Assembly: GCA_036172245.1 (NCBI GenBank)
Contig: JAYWIR010000044.1
Span: 496,001 to 560,000, forward strand
Source: Raillietiella orientalis
Taxonomy: Eukaryota
Direction of reading: 5' to 3'
DNA: 64,000 nt
How positions within the stretch are numbered: the stretch's first letter is position 1; every line of letters begins with the position of its first letter. This document shows positions 49,886-63,539 of this stretch, piece by piece. The notes under the pieces are model-generated. The model was given only the letters and a program-made list of their open reading frames with translations, had not been told where the DNA came from and made no database searches. The position numbers and the translations under genes are program-made.

Positions 49886-50349
49886 AACTTGTTTGCTCGG
49901 ACTTGTTTCCTAAGAAGGCTTATACGACTCTCAAACGTTAGGTCTTGCCTTTTCTTCTTACGAGGCCGCTCACACGCCTGCGCGAGTACACAAAGTCTGT
50001 GCACAAAAAAAAAAAAAAATCACAATCGCAATCTCCCAAGATATAGTGACCGTGAACCACTGACGGAGAAACTGAAACCTTTCGGAAGTTTGACGTCCGC
50101 ACTGTGACGGCAACTCTGTTTCAGGTTACCCAGAAAAGATTTCACGAAAAGGAGAGACTTCGTCGTTATCCCACCTCTGTTGCTGACCACGCCGTTCACG
50201 GTCCGCTGTGATTTCCAGCGGCATGCCTTCTTCAATTCCTTTTTCTATTTCTCTCGTTGAAGTGTAAACCACGGAAAAGAAATTTTTTTTTTTGATGGAA
50301 AAATAAAAACCAAATTTCACTTTTCAGCAGGCATCTCAACTACTGAAAA

Positions 50350-52150
50350 GTCTTATTGTTCACATTTACAGTTATATGACAGGTTACGGGGGGAGGGGGG
50401 GCTCTGGACATTCTTCCATAGTTCCCCTTCTGTTTATCTGGGGCGCTCGCCACCCTTCATCATGTGGCTTCCTCCACTTCCTGTCCTCCGTATGGTAAGA
50501 GCTGGCCGCTGGGGTTTCTCCGGCTGGTCCTCGCCTTTTCGTGTTGACGTGGGCTGCATAGATGTTTCTGGAGTACCGGATGCACGCAGCCACCATCCGT
50601 TTGCCTCATTGTCACCAAGTGCTTCTTCGGAATCCCTAGATCTTGCAGTACTTCTTCATTTTCTGGATCCCAGGTTCCCAGAGAACCAACGACGCATGCA
50701 TGTACCTTGCATTGCTTTCCCTCTCTGCCCAGCTGGAGGGCCACCCCCTTGGAGTTTTCCTCCTCGCTTCTTCCGGCTGTGCTGAATGCCTCCCTTTCAT
50801 TTTCGTATGGGCAGCGGGCGTCCAGCCCTAGTACCCGGTTTCCTTTTTCCGTTACTAAATTCGGTCTCGGGAGGGAATTTGTTCCTGGAACTCTCTATTC
50901 ACCAGGCACAAGGGTCCATTCCGCTTCATCCACGGCGGCCTTTCTGATTACCTCATGAATGGCGTTGTGGCGTGCAATGGACGAACAAGAGTGTCTCCTG
51001 CATCCGTTTAGTATGTGAGGCAACGTTCCGTCTTCTTCCACAAAAGCAAGCAGCTGAAGAACGGAGGTGTGGTGAAGAAATTCAGCTGAGCTCTCCGCAT
51101 TCGATTCCTGGTTGAAACTCAAGTACTGCTTGACGAATCTCTTTCAAGAAACTTTTGTTCCTCTTTACGATCGCAGAGGCTTTCCCATACCAACTTCTAC
51201 CACCAACACTTCTTTCTTGAGCACGGTAAAGCTTCACTACGATAGTTCCGTGGCAACCACCGGTTCTTCTTCGGAAACCCTCAGAAATTCTGTCCACTGC
51301 CACTGTTTGACAATGACGGAGAGGTGCGGTCGTTTTCTCCTGCTAGCCAGAGAGGCTCACTTACTCTGGAGGCGACCACATCAACGTGGGAAAGATATGG
51401 ATAGAGGAGCTTCTGTGGGGGGCTCGGTCACAGATGTCCACGATGAAGCGGAGTATGGGAGCATTCTTCAAGTACCTTACAATCCTGGCGCAAGTGTTTC
51501 TGTCCCGGTGATTCCCGACAAGGCAAGTTCTTCCTCCTCCGTGCTTCCTTTAGGTTAGGGCGTCACTGTTAAGCTCATCTGTTCTAGTGAGTTATCACAA
51601 CGCCAGGCTTTCATCCTTCTCTTTAGAGTGAGCGCGACTTTGCGCACGCTGAATGCTCTTGGACGTGCAAGCAGAGCCCTCAGGAGAATCGGTGACGTTC
51701 GGGGTACGAGTAGTGCCGGATCCCCGCACCTTCCGGATTCGAGAGGCTGCGTTCGTAGCGCGTCGTCTCTCTTTCAAGCCCCTCCCGGCCGCTACAGCAA
51801 GCCGTCCGCCCGCAAGCAGCGTTGGCCCCAAAATCTTCCATGCGTCGGGGCACTCGGCCCAGCCAAGTGGCCCCTCGACTGTTTCATCCGAGATCCTCAC
51901 TTGAGCGCCAGCCAGATTTGAATCCCAATTCGCCTCGAATGGCATGGAGCCTGCCGATTCGACTTTGCAGAGATCTACCCATGGGGAGGAGGTCGAAAGG
52001 CAAGGTGTCCTCCAGCTAACGAAGACTTCTTGCACCTCCCTCCCTTGGGTATTTGATGCTAGGATCTGTCGGTCGGTCACACGTCACGAAGGGAGGCTTC
52101 GTTTTTCATTCTATCTGGACGTTCGGACATTTCGTCAGCCTTTTTTCAAT
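50350..52150 (-). mobile_element. NeSL/Utopia-like RLE retrotransposon 3' half (best-preserved endonuclease)
   Basis: TLPHILNGC...IARHNAI and VVGSLGTWDPENEEVLQDLGI...MVAACIRYSRNIYAAHV. Confidence 0.85.
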
Positions 52151-52199
52151 ACACGCCATCATCCGCCTGTTTCCATGAGTCCAGGGACTACACTACTCT

Positions 52200-52640
52200 T
52201 CTTTGTTTTTTTTTTTCAGCGTTCATCGTCTCGGAGTATAAGGCAGGAAGAGTCACCAGCATCTTCCTCATAACCTTCCCACAATCCGATAGGCGTTCTC
52301 CTTGGTATCTGGACGGAGATGAGGTCATCTTCCTACCCCGGCTCATCAAGGAAGGGATGAAGCGACTGGTCGTCCTCTGATGCAGCTGCCTCTCCACTGC
52401 CAGGTGATTCGCGCGACCGCTCCACGGATGCAACACAGCAACTCCAGTGGTCCGGCGTCTGAGAGCCGTTGAGGAGTGAAGAACCTGTCCAGGAGAGTTT
52501 TGAGTGCGAGGGCGCTGCTGCCACTCGCTGCATCCACCGGCTCAGTTCGGGAACGCGTTCCCTCTGATCCATTGTCTCATGAATTGAGAGATCCCTGTGC
52601 ATGAAAGGTGTCGTGCGTGTTGCTGCCGGAGGGGGAGTAC
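52200..52640 (-). mobile_element. L1/Tx1-type 3' fragment
   Basis: LLDRFFTP...LCCIRGAVA...PHL resembles the C-termini at 41421 and 58357. Confidence 0.5.
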
Positions 52641-53150
52641 AGGAAGATGGTTGTCTCTGAAGGGAACCTCTTTTTTATTTTCTACGGAGGGATCCTTTGG
52701 TCTGTGGGGTCCTCTCCTGAATTTCTTCTTTGGAGGGAACTCATAAAGGACGCGCTCCTTTTTACTCCTCGGAACAAAAAACCTAAGTGAGGCTCCTGAA
52801 TTTCTCCGAAGGGCGCTGCTTACACCCTGGAGATTACAATCACCTGAGGTGAGACCAACCACCTCCGTAGTGAGCGATCGACTGCTTCATATTTGCACAA
52901 CCGGAGGGAAGCTCCGAAACAGCTTGATTTCTGGAATAACCCGAAGGGTCGACTTCCAATCCCGGCCAGTCAACGGGTGCATCCGGCTTCCAGCTTCACC
53001 ACCCGAAGCCTACGGGCCAACCAGCGTCATTTTGCTGGAGGAGCTCGAAACGTTAAGATGCACCCCCATTCCCAACCCTTCTTCGGGTGGTATTCGAACC
53101 TACAACGGTTGGTGCTACGCGCGGAGACCGCAGCCACACAACCTCCAATG
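52640..53150 (-). mobile_element. tRNA-headed SINE-like repeat, copy 4
   Basis: Head gtgtggctgcggtctccgcgcgtagc...ggttcgaatacc and block agggtcgacttccaatcccggcc. Confidence 0.65.
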
Positions 53151-53159
53151 CAGTCTCTC

Positions 53160-56100
53160 TTTCAAAGACGCAACACTCTTCCTAAGATGAAGCAGAAATC
53201 CAGTCTTCCATACCCACTGTGTTTCTTCCGTCATGACCCTTCTAACACTGTTGAGAGCCTTCAGCGATCGTATAACCCTTTCGACATCTGTCTTCAGCTT
53301 CAAATCTGCTCTCAGAGCAGCCTGATTGACGGCTACCAGCTCCTTAGTGTTTCAGGACGGCTGCCTTGATGCGGATCGTCACGCCTTTCCGTGAACAACT
53401 AGCATCTCTACATGCGCTTTCAGAGTTCTCAGTGGCAGCAACTGCCACCCGTATAACCTTAAGGAGTTAAAGAACTCAAAGGAATCTTTCTCTGTTCCGA
53501 AACGCCCCTTTTGGAAGGTTACTAAGAAGATATGCGACGTTTTTTTCATTTGGTTCACTGCAGCATCCTCGTGCGATTGTAGAATTCGTTGTCCGGTTCT
53601 TTTTCGGAACAGATCCTTGCGGACTGTTAGCTCTAACAGAAGATCATCAGACGGCGCATTCTGCGAAGTCGCAGGCGTAGTATTCGCGATTGGCAACTGC
53701 GGCAATGGCAGTGGCTCCAATTGAGAAAGCGGAACTTGGGTTTCAACCGCGTTCAAGAAGCCTTATGGAAGAAAGAATTCTTCTTAGACTCGCCATGCTG
53801 GCTGACTTTCAAGAACAGTCTTTTCCTTCAAGCTCCAGGATTACGAGTGCCATCGGTAGACGGCTGTCACCGATGATGCCAATCCGATTTTACTGCAGCA
53901 AATCTTCCTTGCATTGGCTCAATGGAATCAAACCAAAGCTCGGAGACTTGGAAGCACACAGAGAAGTGAGCAACACGAAGTGAAAAGCAGAACATCCCTT
54001 AGCGCCTGATGAGAGACGACGAGCTACCACACATCTTAAATCATTGCCTGAGGCTCCTTCAATTCTGTACCAGGAGCAGCGAGTTTTTAAACGACTGCAT
54101 CCAGAAAACGACAGTGGTAAAATTGGCAAAATGGGACACCCTCGGAAGGCGACCAAGGTGATCGCCTTTTTCCAAGTGACCTCTTCTGACAGAGGAGAAA
54201 TGTGTTCCAATGCACACAAGAAGCATTCAAAAAATCGGGCAAGTGGAAAGAGGAAGAATTATCGTCAGGTCCAAAAGTCGCAAAGTCTCAAGTGATCCAA
54301 GGATGCAGGATACGAAATCCCAACATTTCTAAGGCTTTAAAAACTTATACGTAAGCAGCCATTGCTTCGAGCTAACAAAACACGCAAGCCCATTTTCCAG
54401 AAGACTTTCCCACTCCTTGGAAACCTAGCGTATCAAGAAACCTCCACACTCAGCTGACAATCTGTCTTCTGCCCATTTCCTCATTCCAGCAACGGCTATC
54501 TTCTGCTAGCGCTTCTGCAAACAGAGTACGCTGAATACCGTCCGTTTCTCGAGTAACCAGAAAACATACATAAAACTTCGGGCGACTCTGCATCCTTTGG
54601 CGTGTATCTGAGCTGAAGTAGGAGGATCAGGGAATTGGCAAGGAAAACCAAGCTTCCCGAAATGAGCCCATCCCGCAAGGGCGATTCGCAGCAATCTCAT
54701 TTCCCTCCCGGTGATGCCTTCAGCGTTGGATTTTCCATTGGGCGGCTCAAGAAACTCTTTCAGCAATCTCTTTGTGTACCCACCTGCAAGCATCCAGTAA
54801 GACTCAATGAATGCTGACAACCCTCAGAAATCCACTAAGGAGAGATGGAACAACGCTGAAGAGCAATTATTCTTTTACATGGAGGACACTCAACATTCGA
54901 AAATCTCTGCTTCGACCATTGCTTTACGCCCCAGGGATGGAACGAAGCAACTCAGCCGCGAGTGACTTTTCTCAGCTCTTTGTTGGCTGTCCCTTTTCCA
55001 AGTGTGGGATGCCTTGTTCGAGGTAGGAGCAAGTCGCCATTGCCACTCCAGGGCATTGCAGCTGACAATCGTAGCATGTCGAAAGGCCAGCAAGATGTAA
55101 ACATCTCATACAGTCCTCGTCACCTAAAAATGGGGACTCCTCCTCGAACGAGCCACGTAAGATTCACTGCCAGATGATGATCGGCGAAGCCATCCTGTCC
55201 ATCGCACCTTGGAAAACGTGGGCGGTTTAGCATGCATGAGAGATTCAGCATCCAGAGATTCCCACATCCTACCTATGATCCAGCCTCCGAATTGAGAGCG
55301 TCCGCTGGTATCCATTTGCCCTCCTGCGTGCCCCGAAAGAGGTGGACTCGATTCGCGGATCGGTGCTCTGGTTGTCTATAGCTGTGTGCACGACAAGAGA
55401 CATTTACTCCTGCAAAACTTCTCCATACGGTTCCGCAACTTCCCGAGTGCGTATCTCCTTCGGGAGTTTCTTATGATGTTCCCGAAACGATGTGGTCGCT
55501 TTCTTTTGCCTGCGCGCGGATTTTCGATTTCGGTTTCATTCGTCGCATCTACGTTTCTTCCCTGAGGGCTTCTCCTGTAGCACTGTCCTAACGTTCTTCA
55601 AGGGGGTCTTTGTTCCCTTACTAACCTTGTCCGAATTGACGTCATCATCCGCAATCATGTGCAGAAAGCGGATCTTCTGCTCCGCAAATGGTGATGAGGA
55701 GCTCTTCAGGTTCTGCCTCCTCGTCTTTCTTGGACCACTTTGCTATCTCTTCCAAAGACACCATGAGCTGACACTGCCATTCCCTAACGTTAGTTTCTTT
55801 ACGTTCCTTCAGCACATTCCGGAGGCATCCTTCAATGGCATCAACTTCTGCGACCTGCATCATCGAATTCTTGGGAGTGGCAATAGCACTTCGCCCGGTT
55901 CTTCTATCGGTGGTCCGTGAAGTCGACCTCCCTACTCGGACCGATTCATGTGGATGAGCAGAGATCTCCTCCTCCCTCCTTCGTCACTCGAATGAGGCTG
56001 GTGTCCATTCGATTGCACACTGGAGCTTTTCCTCCGAATTGCCGAAGTCATTCCGTTGGAACAGTCTGAGAGTGCACGATGTGTCGGCTCCGCTTTTGTT
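53160..56100 (-). mobile_element. Decayed RLE retrotransposon
   Basis: DGQDGFADHHL (PGPDG..Y), RIALAGWAHFGKLG (VAWLD..AFG) and RLYGWQLL (RFADWRF). Confidence 0.5.
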
Positions 56101-57499
56101 TGCCGTTCTCCCCTACCCAGCCATAGGCTGCTGCTTAGTGAGGTTAAGGTAGGCCGACATCCGTTCGGTGACCTGGCCTACCAAACCTACATTCAAGTGC
56201 AGATGGTGCGGTTGCCTATTCCGATCTCAGAAGGACTTTAAGCTCGAGATGCGTGGCCAAGACCCACCTGGACTTAAGCTGATGCCCTTCCTGTGGCTGA
56301 GAAAGGTAAAAACCTTCACTTTGGTCGCTTCAGGGTTTCCATCTTGCGATCCGAGACTCTTGCGACACGCACCATTCCGAAGCTCTACTGGTGCGTCGAG
56401 CGTCACCGCACTGCCGCGGTACATATTCTGAGGGGCAACATCACTTGTCCACACACCAACGCCAGACGGTCCTCACTGCCATCGAGGAAACACCGCGCGC
56501 TTTTCTCGATGACCTCATTCCACGGGCTGCGGGTGCGCCTGCCTCAGAATTCGTAGGGATAGTCTGAAGAGGTGGATCCCGGTGCGGCTGACGAGGAACG
56601 AGCACTTCTCGAAAGCAATCATTTGATCCTCCGTTATCCAGAGTCCAGGACCTTACTGTGCTGCTTTTGCATGGACAGATTTTCAGATTCCGATCCGATA
56701 CTCTTGCAACACGCACCGGTTTCCCCAGTCCGACCTGCGGAAGGGTAAATTTTTTGATCGAATTTCAAATAACGAATGGAATCACGCAATTTTTACAGAC
56801 ACTTTCTTGTATGCTCCTCCGAACACTTCAGTTCTTCATTTGACACTTTTGTGTGCACTTTGGAAATCTCTCTTTATTGCTGGAGGGGTCACTAGGTTCT
56901 GGTTGGCTGTCCACTCATTTGGACCACTTCCTTCTTTTTCAAGATGTAGCGGTCAGGTAGCTGGTACTGTGTCACAGTTCCTGATCTCTATTTCCCTCTT
57001 GATAACTCCTTAGACGATGACTATGGCAGGCACTGTCGCTCGAGTGTTCCTCAGCTTTGCCCTTATCATGATGCTCGTGATGAAGAGGGCGATTGTGGTG
57101 TATTGTATCGAGAGTCTTCCTTTCAAACATTCCCACCAAGATTTCAATCTTCGTTCTCGCCTGAAGGCCGGTCACCGTCTTCAGCGTTGTTCAATCCTGG
57201 AGCAACGTCGGGCAGTCGAAAACGTGAAGATGAGTTTCCCTATCTCCAGAGGCCTTGTAGAGCTCGTCTTGGCTGCTTCCTGTCCAGTGTTTCAGTCGGG
57301 AGCCAGGCAGGAAGACTTTATAGTAGTACATCAGGAAGTTATCCTGGTAGGTCGCTCGTCCATGTTGTTGCAACCTCTGGCAGCTTCACTTTGCGGATCC
57401 CGCAACGTGAAGTTTTAGGAATCGCATTTCTCGAAAACAATTATTTGATCCTCCATTATCCAGTATCCAGGACTTTTCTGTCCAGAACTTGGTAGGCAA

Positions 57500-59154
57500 A
57501 GAGCAGGAAGGCAGCTTCCAGAAAGAGGAAGCCCCCTCCTCAATATACTGTACACCTTGTAAACCTGTTCAATGCGGTTGTTGGATGAAATGGGGGAGAC
57601 GAATTAGGAATCTTCTACTCCCTCAAAGAGAGAAGGTCTCCTCCAGAAGAAAGATGAAGGAAGGACAGCATGCCGAACCACCTCACAAGCATGCCTGTGG
57701 GATGCGACTGGTCTACTGGAGACCAATGATCCACGCACTCCTGACCAGAAAGGGCAAGATGAACCCCATACGGTGGACAGCCAATAAAATGACCGTTCTG
57801 GAGAGCTACACGATCGAGGAGCAGCACTGGAATCTTCTGGATGACTTCGTAAAAGTCGGAAGTGGTAGAGCCGAGCGAGTAGCTGGAAACGGTTGTAGGT
57901 TCAACCACCGGAGGAAATTCACAAGAGTCTGCAAGGGGGACCACCAAATCTCTGCCTGCAAGGAGGACTATTCTTCGGCGGAGGCGTGATCCAGCCTCCA
58001 GAAGGCAGGGTCGGTGATCGGCCCTTTCCAGGATGGCAAGTTTCTCTTGCTGGAACGGGCCGAGGTGTGGAACACGTTTGTGATCCCTCTCTTTTGCTTC
58101 CTGCTTTTTGTTTGCCTTCCACCAAGCAACATAAAGAAGCGGACAAAGGTCCTCCTCAAAATCGCCCTCTGGAGCACAGGGAGGTCCGGAGTCTGCTTGG
58201 AAGAATTGTGCGCTTCGCGTCGCAATCGAGACCTCAGCCTCTGTCATGAGTACGTGCGCGGCACTTCCCTTCCTCAGGTAGCAGTAACCTGGACAGTAAC
58301 CAGCAGGTCAGATGGAATGTCCGATGTGAGATCGGTGGAAGAGCGGAAGCATTAGGTTGTTGGACCATGGGTCAGCTCCCGAACGCTGCAACCAAAAAAA
58401 CTGTTGCGCTGGGATGAGCCGCTGGGAATCCCACAAGAAGAACTTGAGTGGCCCCTGGGCTGAAGAACAACAGGAACCTCCCCCTGAAGTGGCAGGCAAT
58501 TCTGAGCAGGCATTTCTGCAGTTGCACTGGGGTATCCCGTGCAAAGTCCACCACTCTCAATGGACCCTGGGGGCTATGGACCTCAACTGTTCCTGGTGCG
58601 GGGAACAGGAATCCCTCCTGCCCCTGCTTGCAGACTGTGTTGCCCTCTGGTCCCTGTGGTCGCTTTACGCAACGGCCCTCGGTGCACCGACGGACAATCC
58701 CAGGGACTTGATGAAGCGCGTCTTCGTGCGCGATTTCCTTTCGCCTGGTGCATTCCCAGCAGCTCTTTGCTGCCTACGCGGGATTGTGGCAGCCTAGAGG
58801 TACACGAGAGGAGGACCTCATGAAAGAGATGCCATGTGCTTCGCTCTACGCTTTCTCAGGACAGCAGCAAGATGGCTTTACCCGAGGCGCACGTGCTGGC
58901 GTCCTGGAAAGGATGCAGAGGACTCCAGAACCCAGTGATCCCTTCCCTAACCCTTCCAATTTTTTGTATATATGTTTTAGTTTTAGTTTTATTTCTGTTT
59001 GCTCCCTCCCCCTCCGCTGCCGGGGACCTCGCCGGCCTGCGTGCCGGTTACTCGACAGGTTCCAAGCATTTGAGGGCAATGTAGGGCCGATGGCTTTACA
59101 TATGTATGCTTGTTTTCTCATAATAAACGTCCCTGAGTGACCGAGTGATAAACC
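57500..59154 (+). mobile_element. L1/Tx1-type LINE ORF2 remnant (subfamily B)
   Basis: RGSPLLNILYTL (QGCPLSP.LY), LLERAEVWNTF, CSWCGEQESLLPLLADC; ends AATAAACGTCCCTGAGTGACCGAGTGA. Confidence 0.75.
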
Positions 59155-59499
59155 AAATCTCTGTCCACCAACTTCTCTCAGTCAGCCTGTGGTATCTGCA
59201 GGAAATCCAGGCAGCGTTGGGGAGACATGCGTTTGGAAATCGAAGCATCGGGGAGCCGCGGTCGTCATTTACCAGTCATCCTTTGCATCGTAAAAGAGCC
59301 CCCACAGGGGGTACCAGAAAACCATCGTTCCAGGAAGGTTCATGGATGTTCAACTCCCCTTCAGCCAGGAGGAGCCACTAGGAAGAGCCAGACCCCTTAC
59401 TCTGCCTATGAAGCTTCCACCCAGTGAGGTGTCAGGATCACCTGCTACCGAGGTCTTCGCCTCTCGCCGGAGGGCCAACTGCAGGTGCACGAACAAACT

Positions 59500-62340
59500 G
59501 ACCAAGCAAGACCCTGTGCAGATGCTTGACAAGAGCGAAGCGCGTCGGCCTCGAAGGGAACCGTCGATACGAACGACTCACCGTTTTCACGCGTGGACGA
59601 ACGTAGGAGGAAAGGAAACCTGTTGCCATCTGGAAGAAGGGAGCAAACCGGACCGACCGGGCAATGACCCTCCCCTGCGAGCATCGGAGACCTTGGACTG
59701 AACGGATGGCACCGTCCTCTACTTTGTTCCATCTCGAGGCATGTGATCTGGGGGTTTGAAGATCTTCCGCTTGATGTCCGGTTGGTCCTGAGTGAGAAGG
59801 CGCTGAGACGCGTGAGGGGATCAAGACCGCATTTCCCAGATGACATGAAGTGATTTCAGTTGAGAAAGAGTCTTGCGTTTCTGGGCAATTCAAGGCACGT
59901 CGTGTATCCTGGTTTCTGTGACTTACCATCAGCGAATGCTGCCCTGGATCATGCCGAAGATCAGGGAACACTCTATGGGAACTGACTTCTCACGGCAGCA
60001 TCGAAAAATATATCACTGCGACACCCAGCATCCGACTCACATAAGAAGATTCGTTGAACGCATCGGGTAGGTATGCCCTCCAGCAAACAGGCTCAGTTCA
60101 ATGAATCATGCACCTCTGTCTTCGAACGATACCAAGGTCCAAGCAATCAGGCTTGTGGTATCAGTGGCGTACACACTCTACAGGGTCCTCGGAAACCCAC
60201 GGAACGCATTTGCTTCTGCGCATCCATGGTGAACCATTCTCGGATGATGGGATGAATTGTGACATCAGAAGCAGGACGAGGCGCAGCTGTGCACGCGGTG
60301 GTCCGCTCACTCAAAAATTTGGAATTCCATGCGGATTATTCACTCCTCTGTCTTACCCACTTCGTCTTCGTTCCCTAATCTGCTGTTTTGGACGCTGCCA
60401 GTGATGTTGCAATCCGGAGTACTTCCTGCTTCGAATGCTGTGCCTTGTTTCTTCAGAAAGTCAGGTTTCGCATCGCTGCTGCGTTCAAGAAGTGGCTACT
60501 TCTTCGGACAGTTCCTTGTCCATCTCGTGCTCCACGTTCGCCCACTTTCACGGCGAAATGTTGAGAACGGCGAAGACCCTTAGATGGCTCCTGACTTCCG
60601 CGAAACGGTTTCCGCTTTCGTTTCACGCGGTTTTCCCATGCCGACCTCTAAAGAGGAAGCTACTGACACCACCTCGGTTCCTTCTGGAAAGGCGAACCGA
60701 CACTGAATCAGCAAATCAGTGTCGGGGAATGGAAGGAATTTTCGTTGCAGGAACCGCGTTGAGTCAACAGGGGCCGCAAAAACCTCGGTATCATACAAAA
60801 CAGAATAATGGCAAACTCTTGACAAAAAGACCGAACTCGCGGGAGGCTTGGGTTAATTTCTTTCTCGTGAGCAGAATGACAAAAGGCGAGGCGAAGGCTG
60901 AAGAAGGAGCCATTTATCTTGATCCCGAGATCAAGATAAACGACCGCTTCCTGAGGATCAGAGTGATATCTCGATCGGAAGAATGGGATCGCTTCGATTG
61001 ATTTACGCGCGGACAGAAAAGCCGATATTCCGTGAATTCTTTGCCAGTGGTCGATGACGATGTCCAAAATTTCGGGGTCAAACGACACGTCCTTTGTCAT
61101 TTCAAGGAGCGCTTCGAATTTTGAGCAAACAGGCAACCTTGACTTCCCTGGATGCGATCGCCATAATGCAAGAAGGCGGGGGGACGTCCGGACTGGCATC
61201 TTCATTGTTCTTCAGTTTTCAACGTGCTCTTTCTGGGAACAAATCCTTTTTCTTTCGCCTGCTCGGGGGAAGGCGCAGTTTCCCTTTTTTGGTCGTATCT
61301 TCCTCGACTCGCTCAGGTAATGAAGGAGGGCATCAAAGGAAATTATTTGCTGCCCCCAGTCGGGGAATTTTGGAGAATGAGTGATGGGGCAATGCTCGGT
61401 CACAGCTTAATCACGCATCCGACCACTGCAGATGCGAAAGAGATATGGATTCCTCCAGCTGCCGACCTCACAGTGTGGAGGATCGAAAAAATTATGCAAG
61501 GAAAAAGCCTTGCAAAGGTCTCGTGGACTCGAAAAATTCCCCGAGGCAGGCTGAGGTCCCGAGCTTCACCGAGGCAGCTCATTTTGCTGCGCTGAAATGG
61601 GGGGGACGGGATTTGGCTCTCTCGGGTTGCACCCAGCGGTAAAAATTCCGACGGCATCCCGGGAAAAAAAAACCAGCTCTGTTCGGAATGGGAGGGCGAA
61701 GGGAGTTTCCGGACTGTGGGCAAAAGAGCGAAAGGAAGGGATCCTTCTAGCATGAGGGCAGATGGGCGGAATCTTCAGTAAGATTTCATCCCATCAACTC
61801 TTACGGAGGATGTCGGAGTGTGTCCCTAACGGGAGTGACTTTTTTCTCAGCTTCCTTCAGGCGTGTCAAGGTAGGTGACTTGTTCGCGAAGCCTGGATTC
61901 CCGGAGTCTCGAAGCAGGTTGCTTTTTCAAGGGCAGCAATCCTCAAAATTTGGTGCAGATCTTGGAGTTTCGCAGAATCCTGAACACTCAACGATCAAAG
62001 ACAAAACGGCTGAAGCTGAAGGAGTCGCGGTTAAATCGAACTTGGCAGCATCTTCTGCATCAAGAGCTCTGGAAGTACAGACTTTCTGCAAGGAGGGCAA
62101 AAAGGAATGCTGTTGGGGAAAGACCTCTTGCTCTTCGGTTCCCGATTCTGCGTCGCACCTCGAAGGACTCTCGACGGAGTTTTGATTCTTCTGCAGCTGA
62201 CTGGTGTGGACGATCCAAGGGAACAGTTCCCTCGCTACCCCTGAACTTATCCCGAAGGACCTCATTTGCAACAGTGGAAATGAGGTCTTTAGGGCGGAGG
62301 AAATCTTCCAGGGTTCTTCTGCTTTTGCAGCTTTCCTTCC
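59500..62340 (-). mobile_element. Decayed RLE retrotransposon
   Basis: GNRRAR, TEHCPITHSPK, VVYLDLGIKI, FCMIPRFL and VGPVCSLLPDGN occur in order. Confidence 0.5.
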
Positions 62341-62343
62341 AAC

Positions 62344-63075
62344 TTTTTTTTTTTTTCTGTTTTTTTTTTTTTTTTTCGGTTCTTTGCCTCCTCAGGGTGG
62401 ACTTACAGAGCTCTTTAGCACTGGTCCATGCCACCTGAGGGTGCGTGCAACCCTTCAAGTCAGGGAGCAACCCTGGAGGGACCACCTCATGAATTCAGGG
62501 GGACTCCGGAGAAAGGAGTCCGTTCCCCTTGCGCTTGGGGGGTAACGCCAGAGGAAACTGTAGCCCTGGTTGTCTCCGAAAAAAACCTCGAAGAGTTCCT
62601 TTTCCTTATTCTTCCCGGAAGAATTCCACTCCTCGTGTCTTCTCCGGAGAGAGCCAGCAAGGAAACCGCTTCTTGTTACTCCTCTGAAGTGAACGGTCGA
62701 AGAGACGCTTCCCGATTTCTCTGAAGTGAGTCTCTCTGAATGGAGCAGTGCGCTTCTTGACACGCTGGAGAGGTGTCAACCAACCATCACCATGGTACGA
62801 GATGGAGGGGAGTTCCACTTGCACAACCGGATGGGAATCCCGAAGGGAACCGACTCCTTGATTCTTGGAGGGATTCCGGAGGGTCAGCTTCCAATCCCGG
62901 CCATGCAATGGGGCATTCGGTTTCCACCACTGCCTCACCCAGAGCTAGAGACCAACCAGCATCATTTTTCCGGGAAGAGGACCCGAAAGTCACAACGCAC
63001 CCCCATTCTCGTCCCTGGGTGAGGCACTCGATCTCGATTCTCGATCCTCACGTGGGGATTCGACCACGCGAGGAA
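62344..63075 (-). mobile_element. tRNA-headed SINE-like repeat, copy 5 (longest body, poly(A) tail, head truncated)
   Basis: T-runs at 62344-62376, body aligned with the other copies, partial B-box cacgtggggattcga at ~63050. Confidence 0.7.
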
Positions 63076-63539
63076 AACGTAGCGACACGGTCGCCAGCTG
63101 CCGGAACTCTTCTCGAAGAGGAACGTTTCGTAAATCTTTATCCCGCCGGATGCTCAAGTTTCCCAAAACCGCCCTCAGTGGAGAATGGAGGAAGGATGCG
63201 GCGGCACAGGAGGGCTGAGGAACAACGAAGGCCAAAGATGGAAGGGGTTTGAATCTGGTTTTCGGGATGCGGAAGCATTCCCGTCGACGTGCCTCGCTCC
63301 GGAGGTGAAGTCCAGACCGGCCTGCGCGGGAACGTGCGCCTGCTCGCGCTCGTTCCTCGAGGAGCGCGTCCGTCTCCCCACATAGCGAACCTGCAGGATC
63401 CTCCTCCGCTGAAAGTGGCGCGCTTCAGGTTCGGCTGGAGGCGCCGTCCCATCGCCACCTTTCGCTTGTCGGCTGCTGCTGCGCAGCCGCCGTCCTTCAG
63501 GCGGGCATCAGGAATTTCAGCCTCAGCGCGGAACCTTTA

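Noticed and set aside
56168..56260. FKCRWCGCLFRSQKDFKLE as a fifth ZF family member
   Set aside because: Lacks His ligands, the other fingers and the conserved leader.
57424..57478. SWILDNGGS as the Copia protease WILDSGAS motif
   Set aside because: Both copies have DNG rather than DSG, and no other Copia domains were recognised.
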